Assembly: GCA_950097015.1 (NCBI GenBank)
Contig: CATNEN010000025.1
Location: forward strand, 8,866,001 to 8,930,000
Source of the DNA: Macrostomum hystrix
Taxonomy: Eukaryota > Animalia > Platyhelminthes
Length of the DNA stretch: 64,000 nt
Reading direction: 5' to 3'
Positions 1 through 10,906 of this stretch are shown piece after piece. The notes beneath the pieces are model-generated. The model was not told the origin of the DNA and searched no databases. It saw only the letters and a program-made list of their open reading frames with translations. Made by a program: the position numbers and the translations under genes. The number at the start of each line of letters is the position of its first letter. Positions within the stretch are counted from its first letter, which is position 1.

Positions 1-2040
1 CGAGGGGCCCGCGCAGATGGCGGTCACATCGTCGGCATATCCCACCTTCAGGACTGGGTCAGGCCGAGTGCTTTTTAGCAGCTCATCCATGACGAGATTC
101 CACAGCAGTGGGGTGAGGACGCCACCTTGGGGCCCTCCTTTTAGGACAGGTGCCGAGAGCACCCTGCCTTCGAGGTGGGCCACCACGTGGCGATTCCGGA
201 TCATGTACATGACCCAACGGACGAGGTGGGGGTGAGTGGCCCTGGAAACCAGGGCCTTCTCAAAGGCTTCGAAAATAACGTTATCGAAGGCCCCCTCAAT
301 ATCAAGGAAAACAGCCAGGGCAAAACCGCTGCCCAGCACTGCCTTCTCGAGAGTCTCCACAATGCAGTGGAGGGCGCTCTCCGTGGACCGGCCCGCCCGA
401 AAGGCGTGCTGGTTTGGTGAGAGCGGGGCCCGCCCTAGCTCTACAGTAAGAAGGCGCCAGAGCACCAGTCTTTCCATGAGCTTGAGGCAGGTGGAAGTCA
501 AGCTTATCGGGCGATAAGACTTGACCGAGCGATAGTCGCCTTTGGCGGGCTTCGGGATGAAGACGACCCGGGCTTCATGCCACCGCGCTGGTACGTAGCC
601 CAGCACGATGCAGGCCCGTAGAAGTCTGCAGAGGAGATGGAGGAAGCGGCCATTTTTAACCGCTTCATGCAGAAAGGCCGGATATATACCATCTGGCCCA
701 GGTGCTTTAAAAGGATTGAATGACTTAGCCGCGCGAACGATGCGGTCATTCGTAACGAGTGACTGAGCCAGGCCCTGACCTCCACGCGAGTGGTCGTCTG
801 GGCCGAAGTGCGCCGGTACACTCGGGAAGAAATGCCCTAGCATAAGCTCGAGCGTTTCCTCCGGGCGCTCAGTGATCGAGCCGTCCGGCTTTTTAATCGA
901 TGAGAGCTTGGAGAAGCGGTCGTTGGTGAGCGCCTTTACCACGCGGGCCGTGGGCCGCGAGCCCTCAAGCCCTTCGCAGTATTGTCGCCACTTGTCCGCT
1001 TTTGCCCTTCTGACCCGGCCCTTAAACTCATGGATGGCGCGAGTATAGGCCTCTTTGTCATCAGGGTCGTGCGAGGTTTTCAGCTTCCTCTGGAGAGCCT
1101 TAGCTCGGCGTCTTAGGACTCCGAGCTCGGGGTTCCACCAGGGGGCCGATTTTTTGCCTTTGTAGGCTTTGAGCGGGCAAGCCATTTCGTAGGCCTCTGT
1201 GATGGCGCCGCCCAGCAGGGCAGCCACTCCATCCAGGTCCTGCGTGGTTTCCATGGCCATGGAGGGGTCAGAATCCCGAAGGCCCTCATGCAGCTTTTGG
1301 CTGAACGCGGGCCAGTCGGTATTTCTGACATTACGCCTCCAAATAGGCTTTTGCTTCTTATCGGGGGTGCCGATGTTGAAACGGATGAAACGGTGGTCCG
1401 AGAGCGAGCTTTCGGTCTCCCACACCTCCCACCCCAGCACCCTTGGGAGGATGCCGGGTGAGGCCAGGGTGACGTCAAGCACCTCAGCCCACCGCCCATT
1501 GTCGAAAGTGGGCGTGTTGCCCACATTGCAGAAGTTTAGAGGCGTGCCGCTGACGAAGGCCAGGAGCTCTTCGCCGCGGTCATTGATTTTTGAGCTACCC
1601 CAGTGGGTGTGATGCGAGTTTACATCTCCCGCGAGGAGCAGCTCGAAGTTTCGTGCCCTGGCGAATTCACAGAGGGCGACGAGGGTATCGCTAACCACGG
1701 GGGCGTCGCCTGCCAGGTAGGCGGATGCCACGAGGGTCAACTTGTTAGGCACAATGTGTGCAGATTGGATGACGCAGATGTCCCCGTTAGAGAGATCGGG
1801 TCTCATCCACGCATTTAAGGCTTTTGCGGCATAGATCAGTGATCTAGGGCGGACAGAGTCTGCCATGCAGAAGCAGTCATAGCCAGCAGGAATGTTGCTT
1901 GGCTTGTTCTTTGATAGCCAGGGCTCCTGCACAAGTACAAGGCCCGGCATCATGCGCTCTGTCGTGCGCATCAGATTGACTGATGCTGCCACGCAGTGCT
2001 GGGTGTTAACTTGCAGACATGATATTCCGGGGATCATCAT
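1..2040 (-). CDS. Non-LTR retrotransposon ORF2 (APE endonuclease + reverse transcriptase), runs off the left edge
   Basis: Hand translation from ATG at 2040 gives MMIPGISCLQVNTQHC...LVQEPW...AGDVNSHHTHWGS...SDHRFI (endonuclease), then KAPGPDG, YRPISLTS, FLDIEGAFD, PQGGVL and YADD at 28-39, in frame with the ATG. It is absent from the ORF track, consistent with no stop before the window edge. Confidence 0.95.
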   Translation of the reverse strand, partial: MMIPGISCLQVNTQHCVAASVNLMRTTERMMPGLVLVQEPWLSKNKPSNIPAGYDCFCMADSVRPRSLIYAAKALNAWMRPDLSNGDICVIQSAHIVPNKLTLVASAYLAGDAPVVSDTLVALCEFARARNFELLLAGDVNSHHTHWGSSKINDRGEELLAFVSGTPLNFCNVGNTPTFDNGRWAEVLDVTLASPGILPRVLGWEVWETESSLSDHRFIRFNIGTPDKKQKPIWRRNVRNTDWPAFSQKLHEGLRDSDPSMAMETTQDLDGVAALLGGAITEAYEMACPLKAYKGKKSAPWWNPELGVLRRRAKALQRKLKTSHDPDDKEAYTRAIHEFKGRVRRAKADKWRQYCEGLEGSRPTARVVKALTNDRFSKLSSIKKPDGSITERPEETLELMLGHFFPSVPAHFGPDDHSRGGQGLAQSLVTNDRIVRAAKSFNPFKAPGPDGIYPAFLHEAVKNGRFLHLLCRLLRACIVLGYVPARWHEARVVFIPKPAKGDYRSVKSYRPISLTSTCLKLMERLVLWRLLTVELGRAPLSPNQHAFRAGRSTESALHCIVETLEKAVLGSGFALAVFLDIEGAFDNVIFEAFEKALVSRATHPHLVRWVMYMIRNRHVVAHLEGRVLSAPVLKGGPQGGVLTPLLWNLVMDELLKSTRPDPVLKVGYADDVTAICAGPS

Positions 2041-2052
2041 GCAGGCAGAGGT

Positions 2053-3600
2053 CTACTTGGAGGGGGACCCAGCCAGAAGGCGGTCCTCCTCCTCCGGGTC
2101 GATGTCGGTAGCCATGGGCTCCTCCGTGCCCAGGCCCCGAGCCGGAGACGGGAACTCGACGGCGTCAGCCGCCCAGTCCCCGCCCCCGGCCCCGAGCCCA
2201 GGCCCAGAGTCGCCCTCAACTGGAGCCGACACCGCTCCCTGGGCCGTGGGAGGGGCGCTCGAAGGGCCCTGCTCGATGGAGCTGGGCACCTCTGAGGCCT
2301 CCCCCGTAGCCCTTGGTTGCGGCGCCTGCCCCGGTGGGCCACCGCGCATCTCAGCGCGCAGCTGGGCCATCTTGGCGGTTCGCACCACCTCGGAGGCCCG
2401 CTGGAGAAGGCCCCGGCGCTTTGTGACACGCGCGGGGCGACGCTCAGAGCTGCCAGCGATGGCACGCTCTGGCCTTTTTTGGCGGGACGACTGGGCCCTG
2501 CCCCCAGTCCCAGCCTTGGGGTCCGAGGACCCTTCATTGGCCGGTACGGTGGTGGGCCCGGTCTGACCTCGGGTTTTATCCGCCTCGAAGGCGAAGATTT
2601 TGGTCTTCCACAGACCAATGCAAATGTTGGCGCCATCTGGGTAGCGGCGTGTCCATTGCTCGGACAGGCCCAGAATGGCGGTGAAACCGGTGCCGTCGGG
2701 GCGCAGGATCGTGCGGTGCACGATCAGGCCCGCTGTCGGCAGCTCCCGGTTCATCGCGATGAGGCCCCTGCGGAGGTCCTCAGCGCTGGTGACGACACTT
2801 TTCGCCGGGACGAAGATACGGTGTCGCTTGGTCTTTGGTGGCTCGTTCTCCCGTAGGAACTCGAGGCCAGCCGCCCAGCTCTGCGTGGGCAGCAACTCGA
2901 GGAGCCGCCGCCCCGATTCCGCATCGCCGGGCCAGACGACGAAGCACGATTCCCTGGTAGCGCTTGCGCCGACCGCCAGGGGCTCGCCCTTCAGTTGAAG
3001 TTGCCACAACATAGCATCTATGTTGCGGCAAATGTCGCTGAGCTGTTCGCTGCTCAGCCTTTTCCCGTCTCTGCCGGTGATGATGACGGCAGGTTGCCTA
3101 CGTGCGATGGCGGCGTAGGTAGCTTGTGGTCCCGGGCCCTGTCCGGTGGCGTCCCCACCCTCGGGATCTGCGTCGGCGGTGGGCACAGGGCCCTCCGCCT
3201 CCGCTTCTCCTTCGGGCCGGGCAGCCGTCCGGATGGGCGCCGGGCCCTCCTTGGCCCGCGACCCTGGCCTCGGGGCGTCGTGGGCTCCGCCCCGTGCAGG
3301 AGCCTGGGCAGGAGGCACAAGGCCCCCCGCCCCAGCCCCCGCCCTAGGCAGAGCCCCTTCGGCCCCTCTGGCCTGGGCCTGGTCCTTGGTCAATGGAGCC
3401 GACGTGCCGTGGGCCAGCATGCGCCTACGGCGTTTTGCCGCTCCAGAGGTGGTGGAGCGCTTAGCGCCCCGGTCATCGCGCGAGTTGGGCAGCGCGGCAT
3501 TTGTGGCGGTCGCGGGGCCAGCTAGCCCGGGCGCCGCAGCGTGTATGGCCTCAGGCACCATGGTGTCCTCGGCCGGAGCAGTTGAAGGGCTAGAAGCCAT
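2053..3600 (-). CDS. Non-LTR retrotransposon ORF1 (LOA-clade-like; C-terminal half resembles DUF4780-type ORF1)
   Basis: 519-aa ORF in the track (first ATG at 3600) ends 12 nt before the ORF2 ATG; low-complexity Ala/Pro/Gly N-terminus. Clade assignment is by recognition only. Confidence 0.8.
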   Translation of the reverse strand: MASSPSTAPAEDTMVPEAIHAAAPGLAGPATATNAALPNSRDDRGAKRSTTSGAAKRRRRMLAHGTSAPLTKDQAQARGAEGALPRAGAGAGGLVPPAQAPARGGAHDAPRPGSRAKEGPAPIRTAARPEGEAEAEGPVPTADADPEGGDATGQGPGPQATYAAIARRQPAVIITGRDGKRLSSEQLSDICRNIDAMLWQLQLKGEPLAVGASATRESCFVVWPGDAESGRRLLELLPTQSWAAGLEFLRENEPPKTKRHRIFVPAKSVVTSAEDLRRGLIAMNRELPTAGLIVHRTILRPDGTGFTAILGLSEQWTRRYPDGANICIGLWKTKIFAFEADKTRGQTGPTTVPANEGSSDPKAGTGGRAQSSRQKRPERAIAGSSERRPARVTKRRGLLQRASEVVRTAKMAQLRAEMRGGPPGQAPQPRATGEASEVPSSIEQGPSSAPPTAQGAVSAPVEGDSGPGLGAGGGDWAADAVEFPSPARGLGTEEPMATDIDPEEEDRLLAGSPSK

Positions 3601-3847
3601 TGAAAGCTGCAATGAAGAGAGGGGCTTCCTGTAGACACAGGCAGGAATAACCCGCTCAGCCGCGATCCCAAAACTGAGCGGGGGCAGCCAAAAAAGACAA
3701 GTTACAACCCGGGGTGGGATGCCAGGACCACCGGGAGGAACCGTAAGAGACCAGACTACTCCCTGGCCAAGCGTCCATCAGCACGGTCAACACTGGGACA
3801 TTGGAGGGTGCCATTGAGCCGGCGCCGAGGCCTGCGGGCTGGCCGCA

Positions 3848-4000
3848 AACCCTGTTAAGGTCAAAGGGTGACACCTGTCCCTCAGGGCCGTAGCCAGAGG
3901 TACCTGATCACGCACAGGTGCACGAAAATTGCGGACAAGCCACATACCCTGTTAAGGTCAAAGGGTGACACCTTTCCCTCCAGCCGGGGCTAGAGGTACC
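3848..4000 (-). repeat. ~55-bp direct repeat with hairpin potential in the LINE 5' UTR
   Basis: accctgttaaggtcaaagggtgacacct(g/t)tccctc...agaggtacc occurs at ~3849-3904 and ~3946-4000. Confidence 0.9.
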
Positions 4001-4135
4001 CAGTTTGGCCGGAGGCCCTGGATGGGTCATCCAGCGCTGTTGCCCATTCTGTCCGGCTGCCCTAGGGTCAGCCTTGAACACTCGCGGGACGTGTACCCAT
4101 GGGTCAGCTGACGGGACAGCGTTGGAGGGATTCCT

Positions 4136-4365
4136 GCCCACCCACCCACCTGTCTAATTAACCTGGCTGCCCACATAACTGTCTAATTAACCTGGCTGCC
4201 CACATAACTGTCTAATTAACCTGATTTATCTATCTAATCAACTTAGCTACCCACCCACTTACCTATCTACTTGCATACCTACCTGCCTGCTTACCTACCT
4301 ACCTACCTACCTACCTACCTGCCTACCTACCTACCTACCTACCTACCTACCTACCTACCCACCTA
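4136..4365 (+). repeat. ~29-bp minisatellite followed by (CTAC)n microsatellite; also 30191-30455 and 55517-55781
   Basis: ctgtctaattaacctggctgcccacataa repeats, then cctacctac runs. Confidence 0.95.
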
Positions 4366-4373
4366 CCCATCAG

Positions 4374-4730
4374 GTGATTCTGGCCGGCGACCCGATGCAG
4401 CTCGGCCCAGTGGTCCAATCAACCTGGGCACTGAAGTTCGGCCTAGGCGAGTCCCTGCTCCACCGCCTCATAGAGACCTCGCCGGCCTACGCCCGACGTC
4501 CCGGTCGCTATCCGGACGACGGCTACGATCCCCTGCTGGTGACGAAACTGCTGGAGAACTACCGCAGCCATCCCGCACTGCTCACAGTCTACTCCGACCT
4601 GTTCTACCATTCCGAATTGATTCCGCGAGTGGATCCCGCGGCCGGCAATCGGTTCCTGACCTGGCCCAGCCTGCCGAATCCCCAAGTGCCGCTGCTATTT
4701 CACGGCGTCATCGGCGAGGACCGGCTCGAA
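4374..4730 (+). pseudogene. MOV10: MOV10/Armitage-family SF1 RNA helicase exon fragment, truncated
   Basis: After acceptor ccatcag: VILAGDPMQLGPVV...GLGESLLHRL...YDPLLVTKLLENYRSH...PLLFHGVIGED. Breaks off at ~4730. The symbol denotes the family; MOV10 versus MOV10L1 is not resolved. Confidence 0.88.
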
Positions 4731-5399
4731 GGAGCAGGCCCAGTCAAATAGGGAATTCGTTTTAACAACAAACCTATACCCTTACCTAAACCATAATTAA
4801 CACTAAACCGAAACCGAAACCGAAACCTAACCCTAATAATGTTGTGACTGATTGTGTGAGTACACTTGCCCTGCGAGCAAACCTAGCGTGAGTGACCTTA
4901 TACACAAAAATCGGGATTTCTAAAGCGATAGAAACGCTGTGGCTAAGAGTGTCGGCTTGACTGTGGACAATGTCGAAGGCACTTTCTGAAGTCTGTTTGG
5001 TGGGCGCTTTTACTCATAATTTTTTATTGGCTAACAATTAATTAACAATTAATTAACAATTAATTAACAATTAATAAATTAAGCGTTGCTTAATTTAGTT
5101 TTGCTTATAAAAACAAAAATGTTTTTACGATCGCTTATTGCCGGTCTGCGAAGGAAGGAAAACCGAAATTGTCATTTTTTTGTTTTCATTTGAAATCTAA
5201 AATAATCGGTAATACATGCTGAAGAAGCAGAAGTGCCCCATTGTCAGTCGACCTTTCGAACCCCCGCGCGTGCGCGTATCTAGCTTGTAATTGCGATCCC
5301 CGCGACCCAATTCCTGTATTCCCATGTTTTACTTCTCTGTTTAGTAGTAATTGGTGATGGAGCTAATGATATATTGATAAAGGTTCCCCAATTAAGTTC

Positions 5400-6065
5400 A
5401 TCACTTAAAAGACAGTCTACGTCTACGCTCAACGACTCAAATCCAGCGTCAGCTACTGGCTCCTCGGTCACGGCGTGTGCCACTCGAGATGAATGGAAAG
5501 TGTCCGATTCATCGACGAGCTTGTCCCACAGCTTTACAGCGACAATGTTTGTTAGTAGTAACCCATCTGTTGCCCTTCCTGTCGCCAAGGCTATTTCGCT
5601 CAGTACTGACGGTCAACGAGAACTTCTAGTCCGAGTCTTGTTGGACACGGCTAGCAATAGGTCATACATCAGGAAGGATGTGTGTGAACTCTGAAACATC
5701 GAGTCCGCCACAACTGAATCATTGACGGTGTCGACCTTTACAGGTATCAATACCACAATTGCATCAGGTAGCGTCTCAGTCTCAATTCGAAAAATCGATT
5801 CACACTAAGTTCTGAAATTGCGTGCTAATTTTGTCAAAGAGATCTGCGAGCCTCAGCGCTCAGTCTTAGTGAACAAATTCCCTCACCTGAACGGCTTGGA
5901 CTTAGCGGATCCGTACGACCCTCGTGATGCAAGCACCGATCTCAATCTAGCTAATTGGCGCTGATAACTACTACGATATTGTCGGTGGTAATGTCGTTCG
6001 TGGGTGTGAGGGACCGGCGGCTGTGTCGTCCAATCTGGGATTCGTTCTCTGTGGACCAGTGAAAC
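5400..6065 (+). mobile_element. BEL/Pao LTR retrotransposon aspartic protease (DUF1758-type) remnant
   Basis: VRVLLDTASNRSYI...LIGADxYYDIV...GPAAVSSNLGFVLCGP, with stops and a frameshift. Confidence 0.85.
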
Positions 6066-6189
6066 TTAAAGAGAAAATGTCTAGTCGCTCTAGTAGATTA
6101 AAAATTCATTCGCTTATCCACTCTCTTATCCGAGTTCAACTGGTATTCGTATTAATTCATTTCGCCTTTGGTGTTGGTATATTTTTCAC

Positions 6190-7135
6190 ATAATCTCCAT
6201 TACTACAAGTAATCTCTGCATTAATTGCATTCTCGGCATTAATCTCTGCATTAATTGCATTCTCTGCATTAATCTCTGCATTAATTGCATTCTCTGCATT
6301 AATCTCTGCATTAATTGCATTCTCTGCATTAATCTCTGCATTAATTGCATTCTCTGCATTAATCTCTGCATTAATCTCTGCATTAATTGCATTCTCTGCA
6401 TTAATCTCTGCATCAATTGCATTCTCTGCATTAATCTCTGCATTAATCTCTGCATTAATTGCATTCTCTGCATTAATCTCTGCATCAATTGCATTCTCTG
6501 CATTAATCTCTGCATTAATTGCATTCTCTGCATTAATCTCTGCATTAATTGCATTCTCTGCATTAATCTCTGCATTAATTGCATTCTCTGCATTAATCTC
6601 TGCATTAATTGCATTCTCTGCATTAATCTCTGCATCAATTGCATTCTCTGCATTAATCTCTGCATTAATTGCATTCTCTGCATTAATCTCTGCATTAATT
6701 GCATTCTCTGCATTAATCTCTGCATTAATCTCTGCATTAATTGCATTCTCTGCATTAATCTCTGCATTAATCTCTGCATTAATTGCACTCTTTGCATTAA
6801 TCTCTGCATTAATTGCATTCTCTGCATTAATCTCTGCATTAATTGCATTCTCTGCATTAATCTCTGCATTAATCTCTGCATTAATTGCATTCTCTGCATT
6901 AATCTCTGCATTAATCTCTGCATTAATTGCATTCTCTGCATTAATCTCTGCATTAATTGCATTCTCTGCATTAATCTCTGCATTAATCTCTGCATTAATT
7001 GCATTCTCTGCATTAATCTCTGCATTAATCTCTGCATTAATCTCTGCATTAATTGCATTCTCTGCATTAATCTCTGCATTAATCTCTGCATTAATCTCTG
7101 CATTAATTGCATTCTCTGCATTAATCTCTGCATTA
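6190..7135. repeat. Minisatellite of mixed 12-bp (attaatctctgc) and 18-bp (attaattgcattctctgc) units
   Basis: ~945 bp here, but only ~150 bp at 33965-34113 and 59291-59439. Confidence 0.97.
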
Positions 7136-7319
7136 AGAATAAAAACTACAATTAATCTCTTCAAACTGTCATCCCTGTTTTTGAGCTACATCTCTTTTTT
7201 ATAAATGCTTCTGAAGTTAAATTGCGTTTAGCGACTCGTAATTATCCCAATTAACTTTCCCAACCCCTGTCATGCCTTCTAAATGATTTAATAAAAAATG
7301 GCTTTCATTTTTGGGGGAG

Positions 7320-8480
7320 TGTCGTGAAATCACGAGTTATTATTAACCAATCCTGTTCACTGTACACCCTTGTGGTAATCTCCTTTTCTAACCCCGGTTA
7401 TTTGCCAGCTCAGCTCCACTCTTTGATCTCTATTATTGATTTTCCCCCGTGTCCCTTTACACTCTGACCCCTCCAGTCTAGCGTCTGCACCCATCATGTC
7501 TCTCCCTCTGCGCTCGTTATCGTGTGTACACCCTAGGGTTTTCATACCCTCATTTGTCTCTCCTCGCTGTAGACCCCATCTGTCGCTTGTCCTTAAATTA
7601 AATCGGTCACGGAACTCAGATCCAAGATTTATTGTGGAAACGTTAAACGTTCTTCACTGGAATTCTTCTTCAGGAATTCTTCGCTGGAAGAGTCCGTGGT
7701 AGTTAAAAGCGGAATTTTTTTCCTAATGTAGTGTCAGCTTGTTTGCCCTTCTATCTCCCCGTGTTATTATTCAGTACTTACTTTTAGACACGTGTTTTTT
7801 TGCTAAAAGTCACCCACGCCAAGCCGGGCCGGACCAGCCGGGGGAACGGACGCCCACCACCCCGCGAGCGCTACCCCTGGGCTACAGTCCCGGCCAATCA
7901 GCGAGCGACCCGGCCTCACTACCTGTCTACCCTCGGCAAGAAGCTACCCCGGGGCTCAGAACGGCGGTCGCAAGTCTACTGTGATTTGTCGCCTTGGCTC
8001 AAGCTACAGCCAGGCATCCACCTCGCCGATCGACCTAATTTGGGGTTAAAATGACTCTATAAAAGGAAGCGTGTTTTTGCAGTGACTTTTATCGTTCTCC
8101 GCAATTCGCCTCACACTGTGAGAAGCACGTGCAAACCAGTCCACTTTGTTTTGTCTCTCCCCGCCCGACCACGCTCCGCTTGTTCAGTTAGGTAGCTTTC
8201 GGCGCTACGCGTCTTGAGAGTGCGCCGCTGACAAGGGTGGTCTAGATAGGCGCTTGTTGTCGAAGTCAGTACGTGCTCTCTTCGGAGACTCCGCCGTCAG
8301 GCAGAAGGAGTGCCAACCGATAGGATTTGTCGGGGCAGCGCTGAAAGCAGAGACAACCGGAGCCTCTCGGGAAGAGTAGGGCGCGGATTAGGCCAGTTTA
8401 AGTAAAATTGTTATATCCAAATTGTTAGACCAAACTTGCTTTTCACTGTGAGCGCGCTATAATTTATTTCCGTGTGAACA
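7320..8480 (+). mobile_element. Possible LTR-like segment unique to unit A
   Basis: Starts tgt; GC-rich block with ccaat (~7892) and ctataaaagg (~8056). No TSD, PBS or partner LTR found. Confidence 0.25.
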
Positions 8481-10906
8481 TCCTTATTCTGTCAATGGAA
8501 CTTTTAAATCAAGTAAACGAGATTTAAATCAATTCCTGCTCTTATCTGGAATCTTAGCGAGTCACAACAGATTAAATCACTCACAATCAATTTATTCGAG
8601 TCTTCGCGTTCATACTGTGTTATTCTTTTTCATTGGGAGTTTCGCCGGGCCGGAGGAACACGCGGGTCCCATCGCTTATCTATTCCGCTTCGCTCGCTAC
8701 CGCAGTCTCTAACGCTATATAATTCCAGATTCCCTGCTGCTATTGAAACCATTGGTAGGACACCGACCCCGGTGAATAGTCGCTAGCTTTAAATTCCTCA
8801 CGCTCCAGCTAGGACATTCATTTTATTACACTAACGAATTTTAAATGAATAGAGATGATAAACTTAGGGATTTGACTAAATCAATGAAGTATGTAACAAG
8901 AAGAAAAATCTAAAGCCTGCGGACTGGTCGCTGACTAGCTATTGTAATTTGTAACAGAGTATGATGAGCTGACATTAATAATTGTATTCAGAAATGGACT
9001 ACAAGTCAAAAAACTAAAAAATACCCAGCGGGAAAGCCTACCTCGAATCTAGCTGAATGTAACTCTAGTTTTTAGGATAGGCTTGAATTTTCTTTTTAGT
9101 GCACCAAAGATGCTTTTTGCATCAAAATCATGCACCAAAAAATCGTTCAGTTTCAGAAAAATCGGCCAAACAAAAGTTTAACTTAAAATAGCAAGAATAA
9201 GTCTAGTTATATTCTAGCTATATAGTGTCTGTCGTTTTTCGAGAAAACTATTTTTTGTTTTAAAATATTTTCATAGCACAGAATAACAAAACTTTACAAT
9301 AATATTTTTGTTCTTACGCGAAACAAAGTCTGGGTTGTAAAATAGCAATCTCTTAATTAAGTATGATAATAAAAAAGAAAAAAGTGAATCGTCTTAACAT
9401 TGGTACAGTCCATTTTTTAACTTTTCTTGTGTTCTCGCGCGCCGACTAACTAGCAAGCCTACATTTTATACTATAGATTTGACTGGTTCCTACGTCTCGC
9501 TTTTTTTGGTGGAAATTACCAAGGTACGGAAATGTTAAAACCTCTATCAGAACGTTTACAACTCTTATGTGTTTCTTTCTCATTTTGAACTTTTTATTAT
9601 TACTTATTTCGATACAGCAATTATGTACAATATAATGTTGTAGGTATTGCTAATGTAGCTATTTAGCTGGTCAATCAAAGCACTTTGCTGAGTTTTTTTA
9701 ATCAAAATATACATTTCAACTTGCTAAGGTTTGCTAATGTAATAGACAAATCAACGAAAATATACAAATCAGTTCCTTTAAAAGTATTTCGAGTTAGTGG
9801 CGTGACATTTTTTTAAAGAAATGTTTATTTAAATTGAACTATTTTAAGAAAATATATTATAAATTGTATTAGGTATTTAAGGGATACGTTGCTGTCTTAA
9901 AAAACTATCCTAATTGCATGCAATGCAGAAGATGTTGAACTATTTAGATCCCCATTTTACCTTACAATATGTGATTGTTGTTTCTTACATCTTGTGATAT
10001 GATTTTGTTTGTATGCTAAAAAGTTTTTTTTAACTCTTTTTAGTTTTCTACTTGGCAATTTTAAACAGCCCGTGCTGTTTTACACCTTCTTGTAAAATCT
10101 TGATATCTTATGAAACTTTGCTGAAATTCAAAAGCTGAAGGACCAAGCTATTGAAAATGTAATTCTTATCAATCATTGTTTTTTATTCACCGACTTGACT
10201 TACCTGGGTGGGACATCGGTTTTGGACCATATTAGAAGTGGAGGTGTCTATTTTATGCACCTGTTGTTTCTGCGGTTGAGTCCTATGAAAGGCAATATTT
10301 ACTCGATTCTTAAATACCTTGTATGATTGTGGCTGTTTTAGTCTTTTGCAGCTGCTTTAAGAATACTTTATTATTGCTTTTGTATGACAGTTCTTCGTGA
10401 GTCACGTTAATCATCTATCTATTTTTCTAACATGGCTATTGTACTTGATTTTTTATTAACCTCATTTAACCTCATGGCGTCTTGTATCCAGCTATGTGTA
10501 ATTTTTCAAGTAATTTTTGTGTATTCTAGTCATATTTATCTAAGTCACTTTCTGTTTTTTTTATGCGGTACTTAATTAAAAACAGAAGTCACTAGCATTC
10601 TGGATTGAATTTTATCTATTCAAAAAGCATCTGAAAAATGTCCTTTTGCACAAACATCTTTGCAGTCATTTGTATTGATGTTCATTTTTTATCTGCTTAT
10701 TTGTGAAAGTATAGTATATACATTTGTTATTATGAGTACCAATACTGTTGCGTTTTATTGAGTGGATTTGCTTGTTGTTATTTAAAAAAATCGAAGTAGG
10801 CTTACTAGGAGAGCAATACAAGATGTACTTTTATGGGGCATAAACTTTTGCATCCTAACATCATAAATCTAATTTTTGAACTCCGTTTCAGAACTGAAAG
10901 CTTAAC

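Larger units (their letters stand above)
1..4135 (-). mobile_element. LOA-like LINE, 5' portion including ~530-nt 5' UTR
   Basis: ORF1 + ORF2 arrangement. GC-rich sequence ends abruptly at ~4135, where the array minisatellite (gcccacccacccacctgtctaattaacc) begins. Confidence 0.85.

Noticed and set aside
1892-3634. Several GC-rich + strand ORFs over the LINE
   Set aside because: Antisense overlaps of ORF1/ORF2 caused by high GC content.
8955-9000. tgatgag...gaaa hammerhead-like spacing
   Set aside because: Lacks the CUGA core and the G-C closure of stem II before GAAA.
10195-10215. acttacctgg matching the U1 snRNA 5' end
   Set aside because: Similarity stops after ~10 nt; no U1 stem-loops or Sm site follow.
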